A stretch of 64,000 bases of DNA from Candidatus Marinacidobacterales bacterium (GCA_965226495.1 OZ245365.1:3776001-3840000); one strand, 5' to 3'; numbered from the stretch's first letter, positions 39,724-50,490 are shown. The notes: generated by a model not told the origin, from the sequence alone. Made by a program: numbers and translations.

Positions 39724-41289
39724 ATGATTGCGCTCAAGAGTTATGCAGCCGGTGAATGGAAGTCGGGTAGCGGGAAGGGACGTGTCCTGCAGCACGCGGT
39801 CACCGGGGAAGATATCGCGACTTGTAGCAGTGAGGGCCTCGATTTCGCGGCCATGCTCGATTGGTCTCGCACCAAGGGTGGTCTGGCTCTCCGTGCCTTG
39901 ACCTTCCACGAGCGCGCGGGACTTCTCAAGAAAATGGCTGGCACTCTCAACGAGCACCTCGATGAATTTCATCAGATCGCCGCGGCCTACGGAGCGACCG
40001 GGCCCGACGCGATGATGGACGTGGAAGGGGGCATCGGAACACTCGCTTACTACGCGGGCCTCGGTTCCAAAAAACTTCCACCGAGCACCTTCCTGACCGA
40101 CGGCGCCCCGGCCCGACTTTCTAAACCGGGGAACTTCGTGGGACGGCACATCTATGTGCCACTCGAAGGAGTGGCCGTCCAAATCAATGCCTACAACTTC
40201 CCCTCTTGGGGCATGCTGGAGAAGGTGGCGCCATCGATCCTTGCCGGCATGCCGAGCATCGTCAAGCCGGCGACGCCGACCGCTTGGCTCGCCTTCCGCA
40301 TGGTCGAAGTGCTTATCGAGTCCGGAGTCATGCCAGAGGGAACGCTACAGCTCATTTGCGGATCGGTAGGCGATCTCCTCGATCACCTGACGTGCCAGGA
40401 CGTCGTTTCCTTTACCGGCTCTGCATCCACCGGTCAAAAGATCCGCTCGAATACCAACATAGTGAAAAACGCCGTGCGGGTGAATATCGAAGCCGATTCG
40501 CTGAACTGCATCGTCTTGGGGCCCGATGTGTCGGAGGGATCCTCGACGCTCGACTATTTCACCAAGGAAGTCGTCAAGGAGATGACCATCAAGGCTGGAC
40601 AGAAGTGCACCGCGATCCGCCGACTCGTCGTGCCCAAGGATAAGGAGTCGGTGGTCATCGACGCTCTGAAGGAACGTCTAGCGAAGATCCGCGTGGGCGA
40701 TCCAGGAGTAGACGGAGTACGCATGGGGCCGCTCGTTGACCGTTCGGCACTCGAATCCGCCCGCGAAGGCGTCGAGAGCTTGAGCCGCGAAGCCGACGTC
40801 GTCTTCGGAGATCCGAATCGCGCTCGCTTCGAGGGAACGGGCACCGAAAACGGATTTTTCATGGAGCCGGTCCTACTTCACGCGAATAAGCCGGAAGATG
40901 CCCGACTCGTTCATGAAGTCGAGGTTTTCGGCCCGGTGGCGACCGTGCTCGGTTACGAAGACGTCGAGCAAGCGATTCGCCTCGCTCGGCGCGGCGGAGG
41001 CAGCTTAGTCGGTTCGGTCTACAGTGAGGACGAGGAATTCGTTCACAAGATGACTTTCGGCCTCGCTCCGTATCACGGTCGTCTCATGGTCATGAACGCG
41101 AAGGCGGCCCCGGAATCAACCGGACATGGTGTCGTCATGCCTCATTTGGTGCACGGTGGCCCCGGGCGTGCGGGGGGTGGAGAGGAACTGGGGGGACTGA
41201 GGAGCGTCTACCATTACATGCAGCGCATCGCGCTGCAGGGGGATCCGGAGAGACTGGAGAGACTCTGCGCACCGGCGGTCATGGAGTAA
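39724..41289 (+). CDS. PaaZ-N/BoxD-type CoA-semialdehyde dehydrogenase (stand-alone ALDH)
   Basis: INAYNFP.WG.LEK, KPAT, FTGS, EADSLN, EMT.KAGQKCTAIRR, EVFGP, HGGPGRAGGGEELGG; no MaoC domain. Confidence 0.85.
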   Translation: MIALKSYAAGEWKSGSGKGRVLQHAVTGEDIATCSSEGLDFAAMLDWSRTKGGLALRALTFHERAGLLKKMAGTLNEHLDEFHQIAAAYGATGPDAMMDVEGGIGTLAYYAGLGSKKLPPSTFLTDGAPARLSKPGNFVGRHIYVPLEGVAVQINAYNFPSWGMLEKVAPSILAGMPSIVKPATPTAWLAFRMVEVLIESGVMPEGTLQLICGSVGDLLDHLTCQDVVSFTGSASTGQKIRSNTNIVKNAVRVNIEADSLNCIVLGPDVSEGSSTLDYFTKEVVKEMTIKAGQKCTAIRRLVVPKDKESVVIDALKERLAKIRVGDPGVDGVRMGPLVDRSALESAREGVESLSREADVVFGDPNRARFEGTGTENGFFMEPVLLHANKPEDARLVHEVEVFGPVATVLGYEDVEQAIRLARRGGGSLVGSVYSEDEEFVHKMTFGLAPYHGRLMVMNAKAAPESTGHGVVMPHLVHGGPGRAGGGEELGGLRSVYHYMQRIALQGDPERLERLCAPAVME

Positions 41290-41367
41290 AACAATGAAGC
41301 TGCCTTCCTTCGACTATTCTTGGGCCGACGACGCTATAGCATGCTCGCGCGTCGTCGCTCGATTGCA

Positions 41368-41406
41368 CCCTCTCCCCGTTTGCGGGGAGAGGGATGGGGT
41401 GAGGGG
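41368..41406. repeat. REP-like palindrome (CCCTCTCCC...GGGAGAGGG...GGGTGAGGG type)
   Basis: CCCTCTCCCCG-tttg-CGGGGAGAGGG followed by ATGGGGTGAGGGG. Confidence 0.7.
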
Positions 41407-41433
41407 TCCTGCATCCCGAGACCGCCACAGCCC

Positions 41434-43874
41434 ATGAAGAAGAAACTCGGCGGTTACGAAGTCATCGAGCTTATAGGCTCTGGCGGAATGGGCGAAGTCT
41501 ACCGCGCCCGGGACACCAAGCTCGGTCGTGAAGTCGCCATCAAAGTCCTGCCTGACGCCTTCGCACAAAACGCAGACCGTCTAGCCCGCTTCGAGCGGGA
41601 GGCGCGGGTTCTTGCTTCGCTCAATCACGCCAACATCGCCACGCTATACGGGTTCGAGCATGCAAACGGCATTCATTTCCTTGCTATGGAACTGGCCGAT
41701 GGCGAAACGCTCGCCGAACGACTCCGGCGCGGCCCGATCTAATCGAGGATGCCCTTCCCATGTTCAAGCAGATCGCGGAAGGACTGGAAGCGGCTCACGA
41801 AAAAGGGATCGTCCACCGCGATCTGAAACCGGCGAACATCAAAGTCAGCCCCGAGGGCAAAGTCAAAGTACTCGACTTCGGGCTCGCCAAGGCGATGAGC
41901 GGGGACCCTGAGCGGAGTGAAATCTCGGAGTCACCAACGATCACCAGGGATGCGACGGCGACTGGGGTGATCCTGGGTACGGCAGCCTACATGAGCCCCG
42001 AGCAAGCCCGCGGGAAGCCCCTCGACAAACGGACCGATATATGGGCGTTCGGTTGTGTTCTTTATGAAGCGTTGACCGGCCGCGCGGCCTTCCTGGGGGA
42101 AACGGTCTCCGACACGATCGCCAAGATTCTTCAAACGGAGCCCAATTGGGAGGCTCTTCCGCCGATACCTGCTGCAGCTCAAAGATTGCTTCGGCGATGC
42201 CTTCAAAAAGACGCGGGACGACGTCTGCACGATATGGCGGATGCGAGGTTCGAGATTGAGGATGCGCTCGCAAGCCCTCGATCCGAAAGCGCACCTACTG
42301 AGGCCGAGGGGCGCCCATTTGGAAGCGCACCGTACCCTTGGTACTGGCTTCAATCGCCGTGGCAGCTGTCCTATGGATGTTCTTAGCGCGCCCGGAACCG
42401 CGCGAGCGAGGGTTAGCGCATGTGGCGATCCCGATGACCGGTCAGTTGGAAGAGCGGGGTAGCAGCGCGCAGCTTGATATTTCGCCGGACGGGAACTGGG
42501 TTGGCTTCTTTCATGAGGGATGGCTCAAGAAAGTCCATTTGCACGGCGGGCCGCCGGTCACTATCTGCGCTTTAGGTCCTGGCCCCGAAATAGGCGGGGG
42601 AAGCTGGGGGACGGATGGCAGCATCTATTTCTCCGTCGCCGATAGAATCCAAAAAGTGCGCGCGGTTGGAGGCCAGCCGGAGACCGTGGCCAAACCCGAC
42701 GAAGGGAAGGGAGAGTTCATGCTCCACCTGCCGGAGATCCTTCCCGGGAACCAAGCCGTTCTTCTTACACTGGGTGACGAAGACGTTCTTTCGAGTGGTA
42801 GCTGCGATGATTGCAAGATCGTGCTCTTGTCCCTCGAGACCGGTGAGCGCAAGGTGGTTATTCGAGGCGCGGCGGGCGCTCGTTAGGGATCCGGACACAT
42901 CCTGTACGTGCGGGGGGGCGCCTTGTACGCGGTGCCTTTTGATGAGGTCAATCATGAAGTCGCGGGTCACCAAGCGGTCCTGCTCGAGCGCGTCAGTTAT
43001 TTTCCGAGCGCTAGCTCTTCCCACTTCGCCGTGTCCCGCGAAGGCACGTTGGCCTATTTCTTGGGCGGGACCGTAGGCGAAGCACCTAGGTCCCTCGCTT
43101 GGGTCCAAAGAGACGGGGAAGCCGTTCCCTTGGGAGAAGACCGCCTCGCCTACCGAGGCGTCGCCCTCTCCCCTGATGGGCAACGCCTGGTTTTGCAGAT
43201 CCGGCGCAGGGGGAATATGGATCTACGAGCTTTCTCGCGGCACATTGACCCGACTGACTCAGACCGGCGGCGATGAGGACCGCCCGATTTGGGCAGGGAG
43301 TGGGACCCACTTGACGTATGCCTATGCCCTTTTGAGACCCATCCCGATTCTTCAGATACCGGCGGACGGAAGCGGAGAAGCGGAGAAGGGGAGATGCTTT
43401 CGAAAGGAGACTTCAATCGGTGGCCCATGTCCTGGTCTCCCGATGGCAAGAAGCTGGTCTTTGGGGAGCAACATCCCGAGACCGGATGGGACCTATGGGT
43501 GCTTACGCTGGGAGCGGACCAAGAGAGACCGCTTCTCGACTCTCCGTATGACGTCGCAACCGTTTCCAGGGCCGGGCCCGCGCGTGCAGATATCGACCAA
43601 TGGTGGCGAGGCGCCGGTCTGGGCGCGAAGTGGTGGAGAGCTTTTCTACCAACAGGAAGACAAGATGATGGCCGTCGACATCGCGACGGGACCAGCTTTC
43701 CGGCCAGGCGCACCTCGGGTGTTATTCGAAGGCAACTACTTGCCGTTTTACGATGTCACCCCCGATGGTCAGTTCGTGATGATCGAGCGGCCGGAAGTAC
43801 AGCCGTTCATCCAGATCCACCTGGTCTTCAATTGGCTCGAAGAGCTCAAGAAAGAAAATTTAAATTTCTCTTGA
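41434..43874 (+). pseudogene. Ser/Thr protein kinase-TM-TolB-like propeller, multiply disrupted
   Basis: GSGGMGEVY, VAIK, HRDLKPAN, DFG, GTAAYMSPEQ and D.W.FG split across ORFs at 41434, 41760, 42338, 42908, 43176 and 43289; frameshifts, a TAG at 42884, and apparent internal deletions. Confidence 0.9.
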
Positions 43875-44067
43875 CAAGAATCCGCAGCACGTTTTGGTTT
43901 CGTTGCTGATCGCTTCCTGTTGCCATCTCGCACGCATGCGTTGACGCTCTAGTCAACTCCCAGAAGCTTCGAGACAAAAACTTCGTCGAAGCAGGTTCGT
44001 TCCAACTCGTGTCGTCCCAAGGCTCAAAAAAGTGCGTTGTTATATCAGTGTTGAGGAGGGACGACCC

Positions 44068-45108
44068 ATGTATAACAAGTTACTGAAATCGATTTCGGAT
44101 GATGAATTGCTCCATCGTTTGTCGGGGCTCGTACACAAATCCCGACGCGTCGAGTCGGAATTGGTCGCACATATTGCCGAGGTGGACGAGCGGCGCCTCT
44201 ACGCACGGGAAGCTTGCTCCTCCATGTTTACCTATTGCACCGAGCTGTTGCATATGTCGGAGGCGGAGGCCTATCTCCGAATCCGAGTCGCGCGCGCATC
44301 GCGAAAACACCCAGAGCTCCTGACGATGCTCGAGGACGGGCGTATTCATTTGACCGGTGCCGCCAAGCTTTCGCCTCATCTCACTGAGGCGAATCGGGAC
44401 ACCGTTTTGCCGCGCGCGGCGCATAAGTCCAAGGCAAAGATCGAAGAGCTCGTGGCTGAGGTTGCGCCGAAACCTGATGTTGCGCCCAAGATACGCAAGC
44501 TCCCTGCGCCCGCCCAACTGTGTCCGGACACAGTTGTGTTACCAAAGGTTACGTCGCCAAGGCCAGTGGAGCCGCTCGCCCCTGCCCGTTTCAAGGTGCA
44601 ATTTACGGCGAGTGAAGAGCTGCGTGCCAAGCTGGGGCGCCTCAAAGCTCTCATGCCAGGCAATGATTTAGCTGCCATTATCGACGAAGCGGTGACCGAG
44701 AAACTCGAGCGGTTGGAGTCGAGGCGCTACGGTAAGACGCGGGCGCCGAGACGCGATCTCGATAGCACCGATACATCGCCGTCGTCACGCTATATCCCGG
44801 CCGCGGTGAGGCGTGCCGTTAGCGCGCGGGACGGAAATCAGTGCACCTTCGTGGACGAGGGGGGGAAGCGCTGTGGCGAACGCTCCCAACTCCAGTTTCA
44901 CCATAAGGACCCCTACGCCCGAGGCGGAGATCACCTCCCAGATAACATCCAAATGATGTGTCCGACTCACAACCAGTATCTAGCTGAGTGCGACTACGGC
45001 AAGGATTTCATGAAACGACGAGCCTCAATCAGCCGCGTCCGGGAGCCGGGGCCGGTCTACTCATCGCGAGTCGGCGTCAATCGAGCCAGCCGTGCACTCG
45101 GTCCATGA
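44068..45108 (+). CDS. HNH endonuclease with helical (DUF222-like) N-terminal region
   Basis: SDDELL..L, EVD.RRLY, SSMF.YC, SE.EAY.RI, then RD.NQCTF...RC...QFHH...GGD...DN...C.THN; GAGGAGG SD before ATG 44068. Confidence 0.82.
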   Translation: MYNKLLKSISDDELLHRLSGLVHKSRRVESELVAHIAEVDERRLYAREACSSMFTYCTELLHMSEAEAYLRIRVARASRKHPELLTMLEDGRIHLTGAAKLSPHLTEANRDTVLPRAAHKSKAKIEELVAEVAPKPDVAPKIRKLPAPAQLCPDTVVLPKVTSPRPVEPLAPARFKVQFTASEELRAKLGRLKALMPGNDLAAIIDEAVTEKLERLESRRYGKTRAPRRDLDSTDTSPSSRYIPAAVRRAVSARDGNQCTFVDEGGKRCGERSQLQFHHKDPYARGGDHLPDNIQMMCPTHNQYLAECDYGKDFMKRRASISRVREPGPVYSSRVGVNRASRALGP

Positions 45109-45952
45109 GATCTTTGTCGCCGAGCTCCTTGCAGAGCTCCTCCAACTTCTCTCTCCGCGCTCCCTTCCACCTCAGATCCTCGAGCTCCTCGGTAAGGGGC
45201 ACATCGGTGCGCAACGTGGCGAGGAGCCGGTAGAGCTTCAGCTCTTCACGGTTATCCCGAAGGTTTGCCGCCAAACGCTTGGCGCCCTGGACCTTGACTT
45301 CCCACAAAAACGCTTCTTCCGGGATGTCCTCTATATGTCGATAGCGAGCCAGAACGCGCGCCGACGACTTGGCGCCCCAACCCTTGATACCGGGGATTCC
45401 GTCCGCGGTGTCGCCGACCAGGCCGAGCCAGTCGGGAATCGATTCCGGTAACACGCCAAATTTTTCTTCGACACCTTTCTCGTCTCGCACCTTCTGACGC
45501 CGACGATCCCAAACCACGACCCGATTTCCGACCACGCACTGCGCCAGATCCTTGTCGGGTGTGCAGATGACGACTTGCTCGACGTCCTTCGCATCTCTCC
45601 ACCGGGCGGCTCCGGCAGCCAGGGCGTCGTCCGCTTCGAACTTGACCATCGGCCACACGACGATCCCGAGCGCATCCGCGGCTCGCTCGGCGAGTGGGAA
45701 CTGCTCCCATAGCTCGGGTTCGATCCCTTCTCCAGTCTTATAGCCGTCAAAGAGATCGTTGCGGAAGGACTCGATCACGTGATCAAAGGCGCAGGCGACG
45801 TGCGTGACGTCGTCTTGGAGGAGTAGAGAAACGAAGCTCCGCAGCAAGCCCCGAGTGGCGCCCACCTCACGTCCCTTTGGGTCGAGCGCGCTGGGCGCGC
45901 CATAGTAGGCCCTAAAGAGCTCGTAGGTCCCATCGACCAAGTGGATCTTCAT
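45077..45952 (-). CDS. Stand-alone 5'-3' exonuclease / flap endonuclease (PolA N-terminal-like)
   Basis: LVDG..LFRAY, FD..SFRN..F.GYK, EADD, DKDL.Q, L.GD.ADGIPG.KG.G.K. Confidence 0.9.
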   Translation of the reverse strand: MKIHLVDGTYELFRAYYGAPSALDPKGREVGATRGLLRSFVSLLLQDDVTHVACAFDHVIESFRNDLFDGYKTGEGIEPELWEQFPLAERAADALGIVVWPMVKFEADDALAAGAARWRDAKDVEQVVICTPDKDLAQCVVGNRVVVWDRRRQKVRDEKGVEEKFGVLPESIPDWLGLVGDTADGIPGIKGWGAKSSARVLARYRHIEDIPEEAFLWEVKVQGAKRLAANLRDNREELKLYRLLATLRTDVPLTEELEDLRWKGARREKLEELCKELGDKDLMDRVHGWLD

Positions 45953-46000
45953 CTTCGCGTCGCCCGCACAGGTGGCATTCTATGGATCGGGAGACAGAGT

Positions 46001-46624
46001 TCAAACCGCAGGCTGTTTGGCGAGACGATACTGAGCGTGAAGTAGATAAGCTCCCCATATCAATGCGACGACGATGAGCACCGACCCAGAGAGATGGGCC
46101 AGGCGTCCGAGTGTGTGATCCCATTTGAGAAGACCCATCTGCGACAGAATATTGTTCCAGTCGTGATAACCGGGTACATCCCGACCCGTCACTCCGCCCA
46201 GCAGAATCATCCTTTGGGCTCGAGCATCATTAATGTACGGCGCCAGTTCACACATACTCTGCCCCATCCACCAGAAACAAGCGGAGGCTCCAAAGGGATT
46301 CAGGTGCCGGGTTAGGAACGCGGCCATGCAAATCGCCGGCACGAGCACCTGGAGAAGTGAACCCCCTAAAGTGCCCATGAATTGCCCGAGGGGAGAAAAA
46401 ATCACGTGACCGGCCTCGTGGAAGACCAAGTTGACGCGAGACAAGATCAGATGCACGAAGCTGGGCACCACTTGCGATCGCTCGATGGGGGCGAGAACGA
46501 CGCTCCAGCTCAAGAGGAAAAGGGCGATCCAAAAAATAGCTCGGCCGAGTAAATCAGCGGTGCTGGTGTTGCCGGGAGGGCCGAGGGCGCGTCGGAGCAA
46601 ATCGCTCATGACGTCCCGATTCAC
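46001..46624 (-). CDS. Membrane protein with HExxH motif (M50-like putative metallopeptidase)
   Basis: Several TM segments; FHEAGH, LGGSL.Q, YI.DA, HDW. Confidence 0.65.
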   Translation of the reverse strand: MNRDVMSDLLRRALGPPGNTSTADLLGRAIFWIALFLLSWSVVLAPIERSQVVPSFVHLILSRVNLVFHEAGHVIFSPLGQFMGTLGGSLLQVLVPAICMAAFLTRHLNPFGASACFWWMGQSMCELAPYINDARAQRMILLGGVTGRDVPGYHDWNNILSQMGLLKWDHTLGRLAHLSGSVLIVVALIWGAYLLHAQYRLAKQPAV

Positions 46625-46656
46625 GTCGACGGACCGTTCCGATGATATTTGCTCGG

Positions 46657-47448
46657 CTAGTACTTCTTCGCGTCCAGACGCACCTGGGCGTCCAGGAAAG
46701 TCTGATAGAGTCGTGTGCGCTCGTCTATCGTGCTCCGCAGCAGCTCGTCGGACGCCCCGATGTCTTTGGAACTGAGAACCAAATCGGCCATGGCGGCAAA
46801 AGCCTGCATCCCGTCACCGGAGCTCAGATCATTTTCCACCAGGAGGAGGAATAGATTGCGGCGGACGTCGGGTGCGAACGTGATGATGCGATTATAGAGA
46901 CCCGCGCCGTTCGAGTTTCCATTTCGCGCCGTCGCGACGAGCGCGTAGCTGTCTCGCTCCAACGAACGAACCCCCTCTTCTGCATCGGGGGCAACGTCTA
47001 CTCCGAATCCAACGCGTTGCAATGCGGCAACCATCATGTTCTGTACGCTCTGATCGTCGAGCGCGATTAGGGCGCGCCCGCCGAAACCATCGTTCTGAGC
47101 GACGCTCTGCTCGCCGATGCGGGCCGGTGGAGATTGTCGAACTGGCTGAGATTGCGGCGTCGCCGGAGGTTGCGGAGCCTGCTTCGACGGTGGTGCCTGC
47201 TGAGGCGGTGGTGTGGGTTTCGGCTGGGGGGCAGCTGACTTGGGTGTCGGGGAAAAAGCCGCCGGTTGGGGTGGTTCCTGGGCGGACGCACTTTCTCCCG
47301 CCGGAGCCGTCGGAGCCGCCGCACCTGCCTTGCCAGGTAGTTTGATAGCGTTCTGACATTTGGGGCAGCGGAGCATAAAAGGCCCGGCCGGGACTTTCGC
47401 ATCCTCGACGACGAGCTGTTGCGAACACTTCGGACAGTTCGTTTGCAC
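46657..47448 (-). CDS. MJ0042-type zinc-ribbon protein with Pro/Gln linker and degenerate receiver-like domain
   Basis: CPKC...CPKC N-terminus; ALIALDD...L...GF.V...EG C-terminal domain. Confidence 0.7.
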   Translation of the reverse strand: MQTNCPKCSQQLVVEDAKVPAGPFMLRCPKCQNAIKLPGKAGAAAPTAPAGESASAQEPPQPAAFSPTPKSAAPQPKPTPPPQQAPPSKQAPQPPATPQSQPVRQSPPARIGEQSVAQNDGFGGRALIALDDQSVQNMMVAALQRVGFGVDVAPDAEEGVRSLERDSYALVATARNGNSNGAGLYNRIITFAPDVRRNLFLLLVENDLSSGDGMQAFAAMADLVLSSKDIGASDELLRSTIDERTRLYQTFLDAQVRLDAKKY

Positions 47449-47450
47449 GT

Positions 47451-48641
47451 TTACCTCTCGATCAGTTTGTCCATATCCGAGCCTGCACCGACACTCGCCT
47501 CGTCACTGGTCGAGGTTTCAGCACTCCCTTCGCCGTCCTCGATGCCCTCAGCGTGGGAACCGAGACGCAGACGAAGGTTGGTTGGGTTGGTCGCGTATGT
47601 GAGCGCTTCCGCAGCACCGAGGCCTCCCCCTTCGACGAGTCTCAGGAGCTCGGAGTCGAACGTCTGCATTCCATCGAGGGCCCCATCATCCATGGCGTCG
47701 GTGAGGCTCTTGCCTTCCCTTTCACCCTCCTGGATGTACTCGCGCGTCCGCGAGTTGGCGCGCAGTATCTCGCAAACCGCTCCCCGGCCCCCGCCCGGCT
47801 TCGGAATCAGCTTCTGGCTGACGATCCACTTGAACGACTGTGCGAACCGAGTCCGTACTTGACGCTCTTCGTCCTTGGGGAAAACACCAACGATGCGATC
47901 GATGGTCTTGGCGGCGTCGATGGTGTGAAGCGTCGAGAGAACGAGATGCCCCGTCTCCGATGCCTCGAGAGCGGTGGAGATGGTCTCCACGTCTCGCATT
48001 TCACCGACCAAGATGACCTTGGGGGCCTGGCGCAGGGCGGCCCTCAGGGCGTTGGGGAAGTTTTCGGTATCGGTGCCGATCTCTCTCTGATTGATGGTCG
48101 CCTTGTCATTGCGGTAGAGATACTCGATGGGATCCTCAATAGTAACGATGTGTATTGCTTTCTCGTGGTTCATCCGGTTGATGAGCGCAGCCAGCGTCGT
48201 GGATTTGCCAGAGCCGGTAGGGCCGGTCACCAGCACGATCCCGTTTCGCTCCCGCGTGATCTCGTTGAGTTGGCTCGGTATTCCGAGCTCTTCCACGGTC
48301 GGGATCCTGTTAGGGATAACCCGTAAAACGATGGAGTACGTTCCCCGCTGGGAAAAGATGTTGACCCGAAACCGAGTTCGCCTCGGCAAAGAGTAGGACA
48401 GGTCGGCCGACCCGGTCCGGACGAGCTTGTCTGCCAAGCCTTTTTTGCCGCGCATCAGCCGCAAGGCCATGAGCTCGGTGTGGTATGGCATCAATCGTTC
48501 GATGGAGGCGTGAGGGACGCCGCGAAGTTGCCCGTCCACTTCCACCTGAGGGGGTCTCCCCACGGACAAGTTCAGGTCGGATACGGTGGGGGCTGCGTCC
48601 AACATTACTTCTAGCAGCGGGTCGAGATCAAAATAAGGCAT
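47451..48641 (-). CDS. pilT: PilT/PilU family type IV pilus retraction ATPase
   Basis: GPTGSGKSTT, TIEDPIE, QREIG.D, ALRQ.P.VILVGEMRD, TGHLV.STLH, GMQTFD. Confidence 0.9.
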   Translation of the reverse strand: MPYFDLDPLLEVMLDAAPTVSDLNLSVGRPPQVEVDGQLRGVPHASIERLMPYHTELMALRLMRGKKGLADKLVRTGSADLSYSLPRRTRFRVNIFSQRGTYSIVLRVIPNRIPTVEELGIPSQLNEITRERNGIVLVTGPTGSGKSTTLAALINRMNHEKAIHIVTIEDPIEYLYRNDKATINQREIGTDTENFPNALRAALRQAPKVILVGEMRDVETISTALEASETGHLVLSTLHTIDAAKTIDRIVGVFPKDEERQVRTRFAQSFKWIVSQKLIPKPGGGRGAVCEILRANSRTREYIQEGEREGKSLTDAMDDGALDGMQTFDSELLRLVEGGGLGAAEALTYATNPTNLRLRLGSHAEGIEDGEGSAETSTSDEASVGAGSDMDKLIER

Positions 48642-48750
48642 CCGCGATCCTCCACACGGCCTGCGGTGGCAAATTCGTTTTTTGTTGAGTTATGGGATAG
48701 AGTTTCACTATAACATACCTTCTGAACCCGAACCAGAGACTCACGGGCAG

Positions 48751-49641
48751 ATGAGTATTTCCAAATACCCCATCCCGTTTGCGGGGTGTTTCCGAAGCGA
48801 TTCCCTTCCCGAGTCCAGTCTTGTCTTCGTTGGAATTCCCGATGACTCCCAATCTTCTTATCGAGTCGGTTGCGCCGATGGACCGAAAACCATTCGCCGC
48901 GCGTATGATGGGAGAAGCTTCAACTCCACGACCGAATCCGGCGTCGACCTGGAGGCCGCGATCAGCGATCTGGGTGATTTGGCCCCGGAGGAAACGTGGG
49001 AGGCAAGCGCAGAAAACTACAGAATTCGCATCGACGACCTACTCCGAAAAGACCAGACACCGTTTGTTGCCGGAGGAGATCATGCGGTCACGGTTCCGGT
49101 CGTAGAAGCCTTCGCAGGGATGAGAGCCCCGGCGCACCCGATACATGTTGTCCAGATCGACGCGCATCCCGACGTCTATCCAGATTTCGAAGGAAGCCGG
49201 TCATCACACGCGTGCGTGGCGGCGCGACTGCTTGAAATGGAACACGTCGCGTCGGTGACCCAGCTAGGTATCAGAACGTTGAACGCCGGGCAGTCAGGCC
49301 AGTTGGAGCGCTACTCCGATCGGCTTCGCATCCTCTACGCCAAGGACCTAATCGGCGAGCTTCCCAAGTTGTCTCACATTGCGGCCGGAGCGCCGGTGTA
49401 CCTTACCGTCGACCTCGACGGGTTCGACCCGTCGGTCGCTCCCGGAGTGTCTCACCCGGTGCCCGGCGGATTGACCTCGCGGCAAGTCCTGAGCTTCATC
49501 GCGAGCGCCGACTGGCGATTGGTGGGAATGGACGTAGTGGAGCTCAATCCCTCCGTCGACTTCAACCAACTCACCGCAATCCTGGCGGCACGGTTACTAC
49601 ATAAAGGAATGGGTTACGTCTTTTCGAGGAAGACAATCTAG
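48751..49641 (+). CDS. Agmatinase/arginase family ureohydrolase
   Basis: GGDHAVT, DAHPD, SHAC, GIR, DLDGFDPS.APG...PGG, D.VE.NP. Confidence 0.88.
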   Translation: MSISKYPIPFAGCFRSDSLPESSLVFVGIPDDSQSSYRVGCADGPKTIRRAYDGRSFNSTTESGVDLEAAISDLGDLAPEETWEASAENYRIRIDDLLRKDQTPFVAGGDHAVTVPVVEAFAGMRAPAHPIHVVQIDAHPDVYPDFEGSRSSHACVAARLLEMEHVASVTQLGIRTLNAGQSGQLERYSDRLRILYAKDLIGELPKLSHIAAGAPVYLTVDLDGFDPSVAPGVSHPVPGGLTSRQVLSFIASADWRLVGMDVVELNPSVDFNQLTAILAARLLHKGMGYVFSRKTI

Positions 49642-49661
49642 GAGAAGATCTTTTCTCGCGA

Positions 49662-50465
49662 CTAGAGGGATCGGACCTTGTTCATGAGCTCTTTAACGCG
49701 GGCCGCGTCCACTGGATTCTCGACCTTCCCGTCGACTTTGAAGAAACTACCCACGATAAACCCATCGGCCAACGCCAAGTAGTCCTCTACCGAATCGAGG
49801 CTCGTCCCGCTTCCCACGAAGACCGGCGTCTCACCGGACACGGCCTTCACACGTTCCAGCTCATTCACATCGGCCGCTTTCCCGGTACCGGTGCCGGACA
49901 CGATGATCCCATCGGCACCCGCGCGATCGATCAGATCGGCCACTTCGCTCTCCAGCTTGACCGCACCCAAAGGAGCCGAGTGCTTAACGTTCACGTCAGC
50001 GAGGATTCTCGTTCCTTCCGCTCCCAAGAGCTTTCGGTCCCGCAGTAGATCGTGGGCAACGCCTTCGAGAACTCCTTGGTCCGTCACCCGTGCGCCAGCC
50101 AGGACATTCACGCGAATGAATTGAGCGTCCACCGCGTGAGCGACGGCGAGCGCAGACCGTCCGTCGTTCCTTAGAACGTTAATGCCCAGCGGGATGTCGA
50201 AGCGTCGACGGGTCTCGACAGCCAGAGCCGCCATATGGGCGGTAGTCCACGGGGGCACGTTCCGAGGAAAAAACGGACGGTCTCCGAAGTTCTCGAGCAT
50301 AAGACCGTCTACGCCGCCTTCGACCAGCGCCTCGGCGTCATGCCACAATCCATCGCGGATAGCTTCAAGTTGACCGCCGAAGGCAGGCGAGCCAGGGAGC
50401 GCCGGTAGGTGGAGCATCCCCACCACCGGTTTGCTTACCGACTTCCAAGCATCGATCAAAACCAT
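49662..50465 (-). CDS. BtpA/SgcQ family TIM-barrel protein
   Basis: GMLHL.ALPG.P, ENFGD.PF, G.NVLRND, D..VKH, IVSG..TG, FVGSG. Confidence 0.88.
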   Translation of the reverse strand: MVLIDAWKSVSKPVVGMLHLPALPGSPAFGGQLEAIRDGLWHDAEALVEGGVDGLMLENFGDRPFFPRNVPPWTTAHMAALAVETRRRFDIPLGINVLRNDGRSALAVAHAVDAQFIRVNVLAGARVTDQGVLEGVAHDLLRDRKLLGAEGTRILADVNVKHSAPLGAVKLESEVADLIDRAGADGIIVSGTGTGKAADVNELERVKAVSGETPVFVGSGTSLDSVEDYLALADGFIVGSFFKVDGKVENPVDAARVKELMNKVRSL

Positions 50466-50490
50466 TGAATACAATCTCGCACAACGGTGC

